From Malacoraja senta (Eukaryota), in assembly GCA_038087875.1 (NCBI GenBank), contig JAXLNO010002694.1, positions 186,001 to 250,000 on the forward strand: 64,000 bases of DNA, read 5' to 3'. Shown here one piece after another: positions 1 through 10,535 of this stretch. A program made the position numbers and the translations under genes. The notes under the pieces were generated by a model. It saw only the letters and a list, made by a program, of their open reading frames with translations. It ran no database searches and was not told the origin of the DNA. The stretch's first letter is position 1, and each line of letters opens with the position of its first letter.

Positions 1-1011
1 AAACACTGTCATTCTCTAATGCTTGATATTGCCCACCTTGGAAAGTATGATGACAACATCATACAGCAAAAGGATATACTTCAGCACATCCCAGCGCTAC
101 AAGAGCTTGATGTATCCCTTCTCCTTGGCCCTGGCTTCACTGGAAGTGCCCACCTGTGGTTGAAGCTGCAACAATAATGATATAAATTGAAAGGCGGCAT
201 TAATGAGCCAGGAAAACAGTAACGCACATGTATTTGACGTGCTTAATGACAACTATTTGGTTATAACTATTTATTTTGGAGGAATGACTTGCCTCATCCT
301 CATTCATTTTTATCTGGAATCTTCAATGAAAGTTCCAAAATCATGACATGTAGTTATTTCATTTCATAATTGTAATTGATTCACGTTTCAGAAAAATACA
401 AATTAATACCTGACAGAGATGAGTCACAATCGCTTGGTGGCCTCTGAGGAAATTTTGTATGGCCCGTTCAAGGTGGGAATCCATCTTGTTCCTCCCACCC
501 TCGTCGGGATTGCTGGAGCGATTCCAACTGCTTCCGCAGACTCTTTGAGGGCACTTCTGTTTTTTGAACTGTTCTGGTAGAACAAGTATAAGTTCAGACA
601 CAGAGAGTTAACTGTATTACACCGATGAATGGTTGTCTCATTCATTATCTCGATCATCCTTACTGCTTTTGATGATCCCGGCTCTGCATGTCTTGCTGCC
701 ATCATTCCAACTGCTTTTTGGTGGTTCTCGCTCTCTTCATGTTTCTTGACTGAGTACAGCCTCAAACTCGTGCTACCATTAAAAAACATATTCTGTTTTT
801 TCCCTGGCTCGCCCTTCATATTTGCATCCCTGCACACCTGGCAGAACATTTCCCCTTTATCCTCATCGTACCTCAACCATTTGTGATCACGTTCCCATTC
901 CTTCCTGTAACTTCTTGATCTTTTCTCATCCTCATACTCCTTATTCATTTCATTTTTTCTTTTTGATGCCTCATCCTTTGGGTTTGCCACATTTTTCAGG
1001 TAACGCCACAT
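1..1011 (-). mobile_element. Degenerate hAT-superfamily transposase remnant (ZNF862/TTF zinc-finger type), internally deleted
   Basis: ORF 424-1011 has WLRYD..MFCQVC...KHEES..H (TTF-type Zn finger) joined directly to the late GGTRW motif. Stop-disrupted transposase-like sequence continues to base 1. Confidence 0.7.
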
Positions 1012-1384
1012 GATTGATCTCGAAGATGCACAGGCTGACTTATGGAAAGAAGCATGTGCAAGAGCCCCACGTATTACACTATTGACATAACAGGGGTGCT
1101 TTTTTTATTGCCCCTTTTGTTTTGATTAGATTAAGTGGTCAGTGGCCTGACTTCCTGAAAAACTCGATGTCCCAAAGACTTGGTCTTACACAACCAGTGC
1201 AAGTGTCTCTATCTCTCTCTCATTCTTTTACATCTCTCACGAGCTTGTGCTTTTTCATTCTCTTTCTCTCGCATATCTCTTGCATATCGTAAATTGAAGA
1301 CGTTACACACACATTTGCTGAATACTGTTATTTATTCATTCAAACCGAGGTAAGATTAGCATCCTTAAATGTTAATTGGGTTAT

Positions 1385-1595
1385 TTCATCATCTGCCTGA
1401 CCCGCTGAGTGCAACTTTTTAAATTTCAGATTTTCCACATCTCCAGTACTTCGCTTGTGTGTTATACTTTAACACCAGAAGTAGTAGACCCGAAATGTCA
1501 GACGTCGACCCGAAATGTCGCGTATTTCCTTCGCTCCATCGATGCTGCCTCGTCACCCGCTGAGTTTCTCCAGCATTTTTGATTACCACTAGGTG
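1385..1595 (+). repeat. Penelope pLTR-derived short repeat (degenerate)
   Basis: gacccgaaatgtc...ccatcgatgctgcc...cccgctgagtttctccagcatttt matches the recurrent pLTR repeat seen throughout the window. Confidence 0.55.
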
Positions 1596-2632
1596 CTAAT
1601 TAGGCTACAATAACCCAAATGTGGTGTGGAATGTTTACAGATGATTTTGAATTGAGAAAAAGACAAACATTAGGAAACATACTGAACTGGAGTAGACACG
1701 GGTCCTACCAACATACAGTTCGCCATCTAACAAACCTCAACCTGCCTTGGATTTACAAACTTATCTTTGCTTTATCAATTCTCACTACTTTTCTGGTGAA
1801 GAAATGTTTTGGGTTATTATACCCTACCTGTGGAATAAATGCTTCCAACCAGCACCTCTGAATTTGTCCGTCTCAATTTCAGGGCATCCTCTTGAATGTA
1901 CGTTTCTCCTCATCTCCCCAACAAGATCCTCAATTAAGCCATTTTACTTACTTTTAAAAGGAATACGAAACCTCATTCATAATTGAGGCGTTTAGCTACT
2001 TCCTGTAACTTCTTTACCTTTTCATTTTTGCACTTATTTTCTTTGTGTTTGTGTCTTCAAACATCATTCGCGCACTCTTTATCTCAAAATGTATTTCTTT
2101 TTTTTTGCCTCATCCTTTGGGCTGCCCTGCCTTTGGAACATCTCCCACCAAGAGTTGTACCTCAAATAAGACAATTACTACTCCACTTTAACAATGACGA
2201 TGGCAGCCAAGATGTGGTGTCAGATGGGCTGGGACTAGAGGGTGCAAACGAATGAAACAGAAGGTATTGGGGGTTAGGTGCAAGTTTGCTATCCAAGGTA
2301 GGATGGTGTTGTTACCTTGGGGTTTGACAATGAGAAGAGGAATTAAGGGTTCGCAGATGATTTGAATGAAAGTTGAGACCTGACAAAACTTAAGGAGAGG
2401 GGAAATGGGAGTTGCAATAACAGTTTGGTGTTAGCTTTGTTTTACAGAATGTTTTGTTTCCTGCCCAGCTCCCATTGCTTTGCACTGAACGATAACAGTT
2501 TTGTTTGCTGCGCAAACCTTGCAGAAAAGAAAATGGTGAGACAGACCAGGAGGGATTCATTGGGCCCTTCCTGCTTGGAGAAATATTCAGGCAAAATCCG
2601 AAAATTAATACATTATTTAAAAAATACAACAT

Positions 2633-2844
2633 TGTAGCGGCCTGAACGAGGTCAGTAAAAGGCCAGACGCCAGACGGGTTTAATTAGCAGACTTTAATGT
2701 TTTACCACGAGAGCACCTCACACACACACCTCGAGAGAACTAAAACCAGGGTCGACTGGAAACCCCGTGGCAGACCAGTCCACTGTCCTTCACTCGGCGA
2801 GGGGGATGATCCAAGGAGTGGCTTACCCCCCAGGGACCGCCACA
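2633..2844 (-). repeat. 3' LTR of gypsy element 1
   Basis: Direct repeat of 5977-6188 with 3 substitutions. TG...CA termini. Adjacent PPT at about 2848-2856. Confidence 0.95.
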
Positions 2845-3040
2845 TGACCCCCCCCCAAGTACCCGAGACACGAAACGGACAGGAGGCCGTACACGGCGGC
2901 CAGCGCGGGTACACACCACGCCCTGCCCCGGAACAGGCAACTGACCAACAGGTGCATGGGACCGAGTTACCAGAGGAGGTACCCTAGACAGAGGCCGCCC
3001 TCGCTTACGAGGCCGCGCTACCAACTCCGGCTGATCGATA

Positions 3041-4669
3041 TCAATATGTGCTGGCCAACCGCGCAACTGAAACAGTCTCATGCCGACCCCCCATGTCCAG
3101 GACGAAAGAGGATGAGCCATGTTCCAGTACCCGAAAGGGACCCTCGTACGGCCGCTGGAGAGGTGTCCGATGCGCATCCCTGCGCAGAAAAACGAACTGG
3201 CAGTCCACCAGGGCAGGCGGAAAATGGGGACGGAAAGACCCATGACGAGACGTTGGCACCGGCGCCAACTTGCCCACCGTGTGCCGAAGACGTTGTAGAG
3301 CGTCCGAAGGCTGCTCCGCCTGACCACGTGCCGACGGGATGAATTCCCCGGGCACCGTCAACGGAGACCCATATACCAACTCCTCTTTGGGTGCGGTGCG
3401 GATCCCCAGCAAAACCCACGGCAGAGCGTCCACCCAGTCCGGATCCTTGAGCCGTGCCTTCAGGGCGTCCTTAAGTTGACGGTGAAACCGCTCCACCAAG
3501 CCGTTCGCCTGCGGGTGGTACGCCGTCGTGTGGTGCAGACGAACACCCAGGAGACGTGCCATGGCCGCCCACAGCTCCGACGTGAACTGAGGCCCCCGGT
3601 CGGAAGTTATGTCCAGTGGCACTCCGAACCTGGCGATCCAATGCACCACCAAGGCTCGAGCACAAGTAGTCGTTGCCGAATTCGGTAGCGGGATGGCTTC
3701 AGGCCACCGCGTAAAGCGGTCCACAACGGTGAATAGGTAGGTCATGCCCTGGGACGACGGCAGCGGCCCCACGATGTCCACGTGAATGTGGTCGAAACGC
3801 TGCCTTGGAATGGGGAACTCCTGCAACGGCGCGCGCACGTGTCGTTGCACCTTGGCGGTCTGGCACGAGATGCAGGTGCGCGCCCAGTGTCCAACCTCCT
3901 TCCGCAGTCCGTGCCCCATGAAACGGGCGGCCACCAGGGCCGTTGTCGCCCGGATGGAGGGATGCGCAAGCCCATGGAGCACCTCAAACACCCTGCGCCG
4001 CCAGGCGATGGGGACAATGGGTCGCGGAACCCCAGAGGAGACATCGCACAGCAGCGTTGCACCCCCAGGACCACAGACAACGTCCTCCAACTGCAGGCCC
4101 GAAACTGCCGTACGATAAGCGGACATCTCCTCGTCGACCAACTGAGCGGCTGCTAGGGCGGAATAATTGATCCCCTCGGCGACTTGGAGAACCGCGTTGA
4201 CTGCAGGTCTAGATAAGGCATCGGCCACTTTGTTGAATTTGCCCTCAACGAACCGGATGGAGGTTGTGTATTCGGACACATACGCCAACTGCCTCTGCTG
4301 CCGGGCAGACCACGGGTCTGAAACCTTGGCGAACGCGAAGGTTAACGGCTTGTGGTCCGTAAACACAGTAAACAGCCTCCCCTCCAGGAAATAGCGGAAA
4401 TGGCGTACAGCGAGATATAGGGCAAGGAGCTCGCGGTCAAAAGCACTGTAACGGCGTTGAGCACCACTGAGATGCCTGCTGAAGAAGGCGAGTGGCCGCC
4501 AGTATCCATCGACGAGCTGCTCCAACACTGCCCCAACCGCAATCTCAGAAGCGTCTACCGTCAAGGCGGTCGGGGCGTTCTCCCGTGGGTGGACGAGCAT
4601 GGTGGCTTCAGCCAGTGCCTGCTTAGCCCTATCACCAGGTGTGTGTGAGGTGCTCTCGTGGTAAAACAT
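3041..4669 (-). CDS. pol: RNase H-integrase part of pol, fused to an LTR-derived ATG (542 aa; frameshifted near C-terminus)
   Basis: TVDAS and ELLA RNase H motifs, H-H-C-C Zn finger, HVDIVGP/TSDRGPQF/VERFH DDE triad, RPYEGPF GPY/F motif. Confidence 0.85.
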   Translation of the reverse strand: MFYHESTSHTPGDRAKQALAEATMLVHPRENAPTALTVDASEIAVGAVLEQLVDGYWRPLAFFSRHLSGAQRRYSAFDRELLALYLAVRHFRYFLEGRLFTVFTDHKPLTFAFAKVSDPWSARQQRQLAYVSEYTTSIRFVEGKFNKVADALSRPAVNAVLQVAEGINYSALAAAQLVDEEMSAYRTAVSGLQLEDVVCGPGGATLLCDVSSGVPRPIVPIAWRRRVFEVLHGLAHPSIRATTALVAARFMGHGLRKEVGHWARTCISCQTAKVQRHVRAPLQEFPIPRQRFDHIHVDIVGPLPSSQGMTYLFTVVDRFTRWPEAIPLPNSATTTCARALVVHWIARFGVPLDITSDRGPQFTSELWAAMARLLGVRLHHTTAYHPQANGLVERFHRQLKDALKARLKDPDWVDALPWVLLGIRTAPKEELVYGSPLTVPGEFIPSARGQAEQPSDALQRLRHTVGKLAPVPTSRHGSFRPHFPPALVDCQFVFLRRDAHRTPLQRPYEGPFRVLEHGSSSFVLDMGGRHETVSVARLASTY

Positions 4670-4733
4670 TAAAGTCTGCTAATTAAACCCGTCTGGCGTC
4701 TGGCCTTTTACTGACCTCGTTCAGGCCGCTACA
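4639..4733 (+). repeat. Inverted partial LTR copy (putative R-U5) followed by the element's own degenerate PBS at 4735
   Basis: Reverse complement of 2633-2727. Ends CCGCTACA, then CTGGTGACCCACGCC. Confidence 0.9.
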
Positions 4734-4765
4734 CTGGTGACCCACGCCGTCCATCACGCGTCGTG

Positions 4766-5587
4766 ATGGAGAATAACGCCGTTGCGTTGAAGCTCCCTAC
4801 TATGTGGACTGAAGAAGCTGACACTTGGTTCCAGCAGGCAGAGGCACAGTTTGCTTTGAGAGGAATTACGGTAGATGAGACTAAATATTATTATGTGATT
4901 GGGGCGCTGGACCAAGCAACCGCAAGGAGAATTAAGCCGTTCCTCAAGACCCCCCCGGTAACAAACAAATATAGCGGCATGAAGGCATACCTTATTAGGA
5001 GGTTCGGCCTAGGTGACTCCGAGCGGGCAGCTCGGATTTTCAGAATGGAGGGGCTGGGCGACCGCCGGCTGTCCGACCTCCTGGAGGACATGCTAACCCT
5101 AATGGGGGACCATGAACCTTGCTTTCTGTTTAAATATGCCTACCTGCAGCAGCTACCGTCCGACATCCGTATGCAGCTCGCCAGGAATCCATTTACCGAC
5201 ATGCGGGAGCTGGGTGAGCAAGCTGACGAACTTTGGATGAATCGCCATAACGAGGTGCTGAACGTCTTTCCCGCGGCTTTTGGAGGCTCAGAGCAGGTCG
5301 GCAACGCTATCGACCGCGTCTCCACCGCTCCCAGTCGGGCCCCGCGGCAAAATCCGGCCGCCATTGCGCAATCCACTGCAGGCACATCTTTCCAGTATGG
5401 CCAGCCTGCAGTTCCACTTAACGCCAGCAGAGGTCGCTGGCGTCCAAACCAGCCAAATTGGTATGCAGTTCCACAAGACACCAACAGAGGAGGTTGGTGC
5501 TCTTACCACCGTCGCTGGGGAGCTGCAGCCAGGAGATGTGTTCCACCCTGTTCATTCCCGGGAAACGAAAGGGCCGGTCGTCAGTAA
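4766..5587 (+). CDS. gag: Gypsy Gag (intact ORF, inverted relative to the LTRs)
   Basis: AVALKLPTMW..WFQQAEAQFALRGIT.DETKYY N-terminus, C-terminal WCSYHRRWG..ARRC.PPC knuckle, GGGAAAC slippery site at 5560-5566. Confidence 0.9.
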   Translation: MENNAVALKLPTMWTEEADTWFQQAEAQFALRGITVDETKYYYVIGALDQATARRIKPFLKTPPVTNKYSGMKAYLIRRFGLGDSERAARIFRMEGLGDRRLSDLLEDMLTLMGDHEPCFLFKYAYLQQLPSDIRMQLARNPFTDMRELGEQADELWMNRHNEVLNVFPAAFGGSEQVGNAIDRVSTAPSRAPRQNPAAIAQSTAGTSFQYGQPAVPLNASRGRWRPNQPNWYAVPQDTNRGGWCSYHRRWGAAARRCVPPCSFPGNERAGRQ

Positions 5588-5960
5588 TTCCTTCGGCGGC
5601 CGGCAAAATTCATCGCGTCTTCGCCTGGGATCGTCGCACGGGAGGTCGATTCCTTGTGGACACTGGTGCGGAAGTGAGCGTTCTGCCCCCCTCCATAACT
5701 GACATCCGGGCGGGTAAACGAGGGCCCCTCCTCACCGCGGCGAACGGGAGTGCTATCCGCACCTACGGGTTTCGCACCATTCCCCTCAACTTTGGCCGCA
5801 GCTCCTTTTCATGGAAGTTCGTAATTGCTGACGTTTCCCAGCCGCTGCTGGGCGCCGACTTCCTCCGAGCTCATTCACTGCTCGTGGATGTCAAGCGGGG
5901 GCGCCTGATGCATTCTGTCACGCTGGAGCCGGTCTTCCTCCGTATTGGTGATCCTGTATC
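5560..5960 (+). pseudogene. pol: 5' part of pol (aspartic protease), truncated at the tRNA-copy junction
   Basis: [11 protein letters not shown] and LLGADFL motifs in the -1 frame relative to gag. Confidence 0.85.
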
Positions 5961-5975
5961 ACGTCGGGGTCACCA
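5958..5975 (-). other. Primer-binding site: perfect 18-nt complement of the tRNA-Trp 3' end
   Basis: The plus strand reads ATCACGTCGGGGTCACCA, the vertebrate tRNA-Trp(CCA) 3' 18-mer including CCA, 1 nt from the 5' LTR. Confidence 0.85.
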
Positions 5976-5976
5976 G

Positions 5977-6188
5977 TGTAGCGGCCTGAACGAGGTCAAT
6001 AAAATGCCAGACGCCAGACGGGTTTAATTAGCAGACTTTAATGTTTTACCACGAGAGCAGCTCACACACACACCTCGAGAGAACTAAAACCAGGGTCGAC
6101 TGGAAACCCCGTGGCAGACCAGTCCACTGTCCTTCACTCGGCGAGGGGGATGATCCAAGGAGTGGCTTACCCCCCAGGGACCGCCACA
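5977..6188 (-). repeat. 5' LTR of gypsy element 1
   Basis: 212-bp repeat of 2633-2844, followed in element orientation by the PBS. Confidence 0.95.
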
Positions 6189-6332
6189 ACATAAAATATA
6201 CAACAAAAATTTCATGTTTCTACCTTAGAGAAGTACAGAGTAACGAAACACACACACAAAATCAGTTAACAATCACATTCACAAATATTACATATACATG
6301 ATCAAAATAAATGCATGCATTAAATCAATGAA

Positions 6333-6432
6333 GTCTGAAGAAGGGTCTCGATCCGAAACGTCGCCTTTTTTCTTCGCTCCATAGATGCTTGTGCCTCGCC
6401 TGCCGAGTTTCTCCAGCATTTATGTCTACCTT
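6333..6432 (+). ncRNA. Penelope pLTR fragment with minimal hammerhead-ribozyme-like core
   Basis: CTGAAGA (6335) - A GGGTCTCGATCC hairpin - GAAACGTC (6355-6362). Confidence 0.55.
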
Positions 6433-6679
6433 AAAAACGATAGAATCGCCCGATGAGTCACACAGTGCGTTGCGTTGTCGCTTCCAGGGATCACCACTAG
6501 GAGGCTTCTATCATGATCCCCATAGTAACAGCAATTTAACAGTTTAACACGCAGGGAGGTGGGCTTATACTCGCGAGGCAAAGCTGCTTGCCAAGCCGGG
6601 CAAAATGCCAAGCCTTCCCGGTTGCCCGGTGGCACTTTTGGTGGTCAATGGCACCCGGGCAACCGCTAATTTTAAGTCT

Positions 6680-7735
6680 AATTTCCCGCAATGTCCTCGG
6701 ATATATCTCATCAGGCCCCGGAGATTTGTCTACCTTCCAACACGACAATACCTTCAGTACTTCCTTGATGGTAACCCTGACTGCTCTCATGACACTTCCA
6801 GTGACTGCTCCAATTTCCTCCGTACTACTGTCTTTCTCCTTGGTAAATACAGAGGAGAAATACTCATTGAGGACCTTGCCCATCTCCTGTGGCTCCACAC
6901 AGAGGTGACCGCTTTTATTCCTGAGAGGTTCCATTCTCTCTCTAGTTAACCTTTACCTCCTTATGTATTTATAAAACCTTTTGGGATTGTCTTTTATGCT
7001 ACCCACCAGAGTTATCTCCTGGCCCCTTTTTGCCCTTCTGATCTTTTTAAGTTTGCTCCTTAGTTCCCGACACACCTCCAGGGATGCACTTGATCCCAGC
7101 TGCCTATACCTGTCCCATGCATCCTTCTTGTTTTTGACTAACGTCAAGCTTCCTTCCTTTTGACCCAAGCTTCCTTACATTTGCCTGCTTTGCCTTTCAC
7201 TCTAACGGGGAGGTACACATCCTGAGCTCTCTTCAGTACACTTTTTAAAAATCCCACTTGGCCGATGTTCCTTTCCCCTCAAATAACCTGCTCCAGTCAA
7301 CTTGAGCTTGACCTTCTCTCATACCCTCAAAGTTGGCCTTACTCCAGTTGAGCATTTTAACATGTGGACCCTCTCCGTCCTGATCCATAACTATCTTAAA
7401 CCTAATCGAACTGGGGTTACTTGTCCCAAAAGGCTCCTCCACACACAGTTCATTAACTTGCCCTTTCCAATTTCCCAATACTAGATCCAGCATTGCCCTC
7501 TCACATGTGGGGGCCTCCATATACTGTTTAAGAAAACTCTCCTGAATACTTTTGAGGAATTGCACCCCATCTAAACCCTTCACGCTATGATTTTCCCAGT
7601 CTATATTGGGAAAGTTGAAATCCCCTACTACAACAACCTTATTTGACCTGCAGCTGTCTGCAATCTCCTGGCACATTTGCTCTTCTAATTCCTGTTGACT
7701 ATTTGGGGATCTGTAGTACACCCCAAACAAGGTTG
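6680..7735 (-). mobile_element. CR1/HER1-like LINE fragment (AP endonuclease and linker)
   Basis: GVYYRSPNS, VVVGDFNFPNIDW, APTCERAMLDLVL and KSPGPDEIYPRTLRE motifs. Confidence 0.85.
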
Positions 7736-9185
7736 ACCAGGGGGGATAGGATGGAGTCGAGGTATGTGGAAATTAATTTGGTGGAACATGAACAAGCAGA
7801 AACAATGGGTCTGCCAGGACAGTTCTGTTTGTGGAATTTGGGGAGAAGATAAAATCGGGCCGTGTGGGGCTGGGAAATTATAAGGTTGGAGGCTTTAGAG
7901 GGCAGAGAGCTGGAAGTGATGAAATCAGTAATGGTGCTTGAGATTAAGGCCTGATGCTCGTCTGTAGGGTGATGGTCCAAGGATAATTAGGAGGAGGTGT
8001 CTGAGAGTTGTCCCTGTCCTCAGTCCGGTAGTGGTCAGCGCGCCAGACTACCACAGCACCTCCCTTGTCGGTAGGTTTGATTATCCAGTCTGGGTTGCTG
8101 CAGAGTGAGCTGAGAGCTGTACCTTCAGGGGGGGAGAGATTAGAGTGAGAAAGGGGAGTAGAAAATTTGAGGCGGTTGATGTCCCGCCGGCAGTTGGAAA
8201 GGAAAAGGTCTAAAGAAGGTAGAGTGCCATCGGGGGGACGTCCAAGAGGAGGGGATTCATTGGAGACGGGAGAAGGGGTCAACACTGGGTGGTGAGGATT
8301 ACCCATAGGAAAAGGCCTGGAGGCGGAGGCGACGGAAGAAGAGCTCTACATCGTGGCGGACCCGGAACCCGTTGAGGTGGGGGCAGAGGGGAACAAAGGT
8401 GCGGCCTCTGCTGAGGACAGACTGTTCCGTATCAGAAACGGGGAGGTCAGGGGGGATGGTGAACACACGGCAAGGGTGGGACGGATGAGGGCAGGTGAGT
8501 AGATGGAGGCCAAGGCGATGTCTGGTTTGGGGGATGGTGGGTGTTCAGAGAGGAGGGGGCAAGAGGACTATAGTGTGGGTGGGGAGTAGCTGAGGTCACC
8601 TGGCTAAAAGGAGAAGGGGAAGACCCAGTGGAACCCCCGCTGAGGTTCCCTGTAGGAAGGGGAAGAGCAGTAATACCCAGCACAGTCAGGCCCCGTGGTG
8701 TGGGAGTTTGCATCATGGAGACTGTGGGCCTGGTGCTGAGCCTGGGACTCAGGTAATGCGACGGTTGCGGCCCACTGTTGGGCGGTGGAATGATGACGGT
8801 CGGCAGAGTTGCTGGTGGAGGCCCACGGGGCGTTAAGTCCGGGTCAGCAGACGAAGAGTCGGTAGTCGTGGTCAGCGGATGGCCAGGGAGGCAGCGAGGG
8901 TCGGTGTCATCGGTGAGGCAGTAAAGGTCGGCGGTCCCGGTGAGGAGGTGAATGTCGGCACCAGTGGCAGTTGTGGCCCCGGGGAGGCAGTGAAGGTCGG
9001 CGGCAGCGACCCCGGGGAGGTGGTGAAGGTTGATGACGACGGCATCTTCGGTGGTCCGGGCCTGGGATGGGCCAGTCTGGAGGCGAGCAAATTTGCAATC
9101 CTTTGTGGAGTCCAGGTAGGAAAGGAAGCGTTTGTTGAGTCAGGTAGGAAAGGAAGTGTTTGTTGAGTAGGTTGGAAAGGTGCTG
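7736..9185 (-). mobile_element. Penelope-like element fragment 1 (N-terminal ORF and RT start)
   Basis: IKPTDKGGAVVVW and TARFYLLPKFHKQNCPGRPIVSACSC motifs, frameshifted. Confidence 0.8.
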
Positions 9186-9997
9186 ATCTTCTCTCTGCAT
9201 ATTCATTACAATCTCTTCTTGGTTCAATCATCTGGTACAGTTCCTGGAACAGAACAATCACCAACATGTGTGCCGACAAACAGGTGCCATGGGGTAACAT
9301 CCTTGGTTTATCTGAAAAACAAAGTAATAACTGCTCTTATTTTCAGTAAAATATCGTATTCGTGCTGTGTACGTTTTCCAGAATCTGAACAGATAGACAC
9401 TGACTGTCCCTGTATTGAGATCCAATTCCATCCGCAAGAATTTCCGCCATTTGCAGAGGGCTACTTGAGTAGTGCACCCATACTTTGCCACCCCTCGACA
9501 TTTTGGAAGATGGAGCGTGAAGTTGGTGTTATTAGAATTCATTATCATATTGGTGGTCAGAGGCACCAGCAGTGTCCCTGACTTCACACATCCTGCAAGA
9601 GACACACTGCAAAGAACTGCCTGCCATTACCACTGCAGCCAAATTACCAATTAAATAACAAGACACACGCACAGAATTGATTGAAACTTATTCCCCTAAC
9701 TGCTGCTGATAGCCTCATCACCGAAGACTATCGAGCCAAAGACTCGCACTTTATTTCATTTCAGTCTGAAGAAGGGTCTCGACTCGAAACACAACAATTC
9801 CTATCCTGAGATGCTGCCTGAGTAACTGAGTTGTCTATCTTCATGCACTTTCTAAGGTTTAACGCGGCTCATACACAAAGTCAATATCCCCCTACACTAC
9901 TATGCCAGTGGTCTGGGCCCAGTATTGGTGGTCACTGTGATTTTTGCATATATCGGTCTATTCTTCCACTCTTATTTTGATCTTGATATTGAGTCAG

Positions 9998-10535
9998 TTA
10001 TGGATTTGAAACAAAAGCTTTACAGTGTACATCGGTACACGTGACAATAAACGAAGCTCTTCTCCAAAATCGCAGCCTTCTGGCTCTTATGACAAAACCA
10101 AAGTACTCCACATCCCGTGCTTTTGACTCTAATCTTACTTGCTCAGTCAGATGTTGGTATTTCTGACTCATCTCTTGCCCGGACTTGGTGAGAGATTGCT
10201 TGTTGTTTTCAAACCTGTTGGTGACATCATCTACAGCAACCGACTGGCCTTTCACAAGTACCAAATCCGGCTTCCAGAGTGCACCATCATCGGATGTTTG
10301 GTGTTGCTCAACAGTGGTAGACCAACCATATTTGCTCACTTTTTCCTTGGGACACCACGCTATTTTATTGTGTCTATTCTGGCATTTTTCACACTGGGGC
10401 ACAGACCGGAGATATGTTTCAACGTTTCTCTGGACTCTGCACGTTTTGATGGCATGAGCCCATCCATGGCTTGTGGTGCATCTTGTTGGATACAGATTGC
10501 AACTTAGCAAGAAACCGTTAATGTACTGGTTTGCC
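9998..10535 (-). mobile_element. R2-type non-LTR retrotransposon remnant (restriction-like endonuclease domain)
   Basis: CNLYPTR, degenerate CCHC, RHNKI, LWKPDLVLVKG..V.DVT.RFE, QKY and GF..RAR motifs, all typical of the R2 C-terminus. Confidence 0.75.

Larger units (their letters stand above)
2633..6188 (-). mobile_element. Ty3/gypsy LTR retrotransposon 1, rearranged (internal inversion, RT missing)
   Basis: Two 212-bp LTRs (TGTGGCGG...CCGCTACA in element orientation), 4-bp TSD ACAT (2629-2632, 6189-6192), G-run PPT next to the 3' LTR, RH-IN on minus, gag-PR on plus. Confidence 0.95.

Noticed and set aside
5958-5975. tRNA-Trp gene
   Set aside because: Only the 3' 18 nt, including non-templated CCA, is present. 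It is a PBS or primer copy.
6590-6680. Palindromic CCGGTTGCCCGG...CCCGGGCAACCG segment
   Set aside because: Probably a subterminal remnant of a DNA transposon. I could not find a second end or a TSD.
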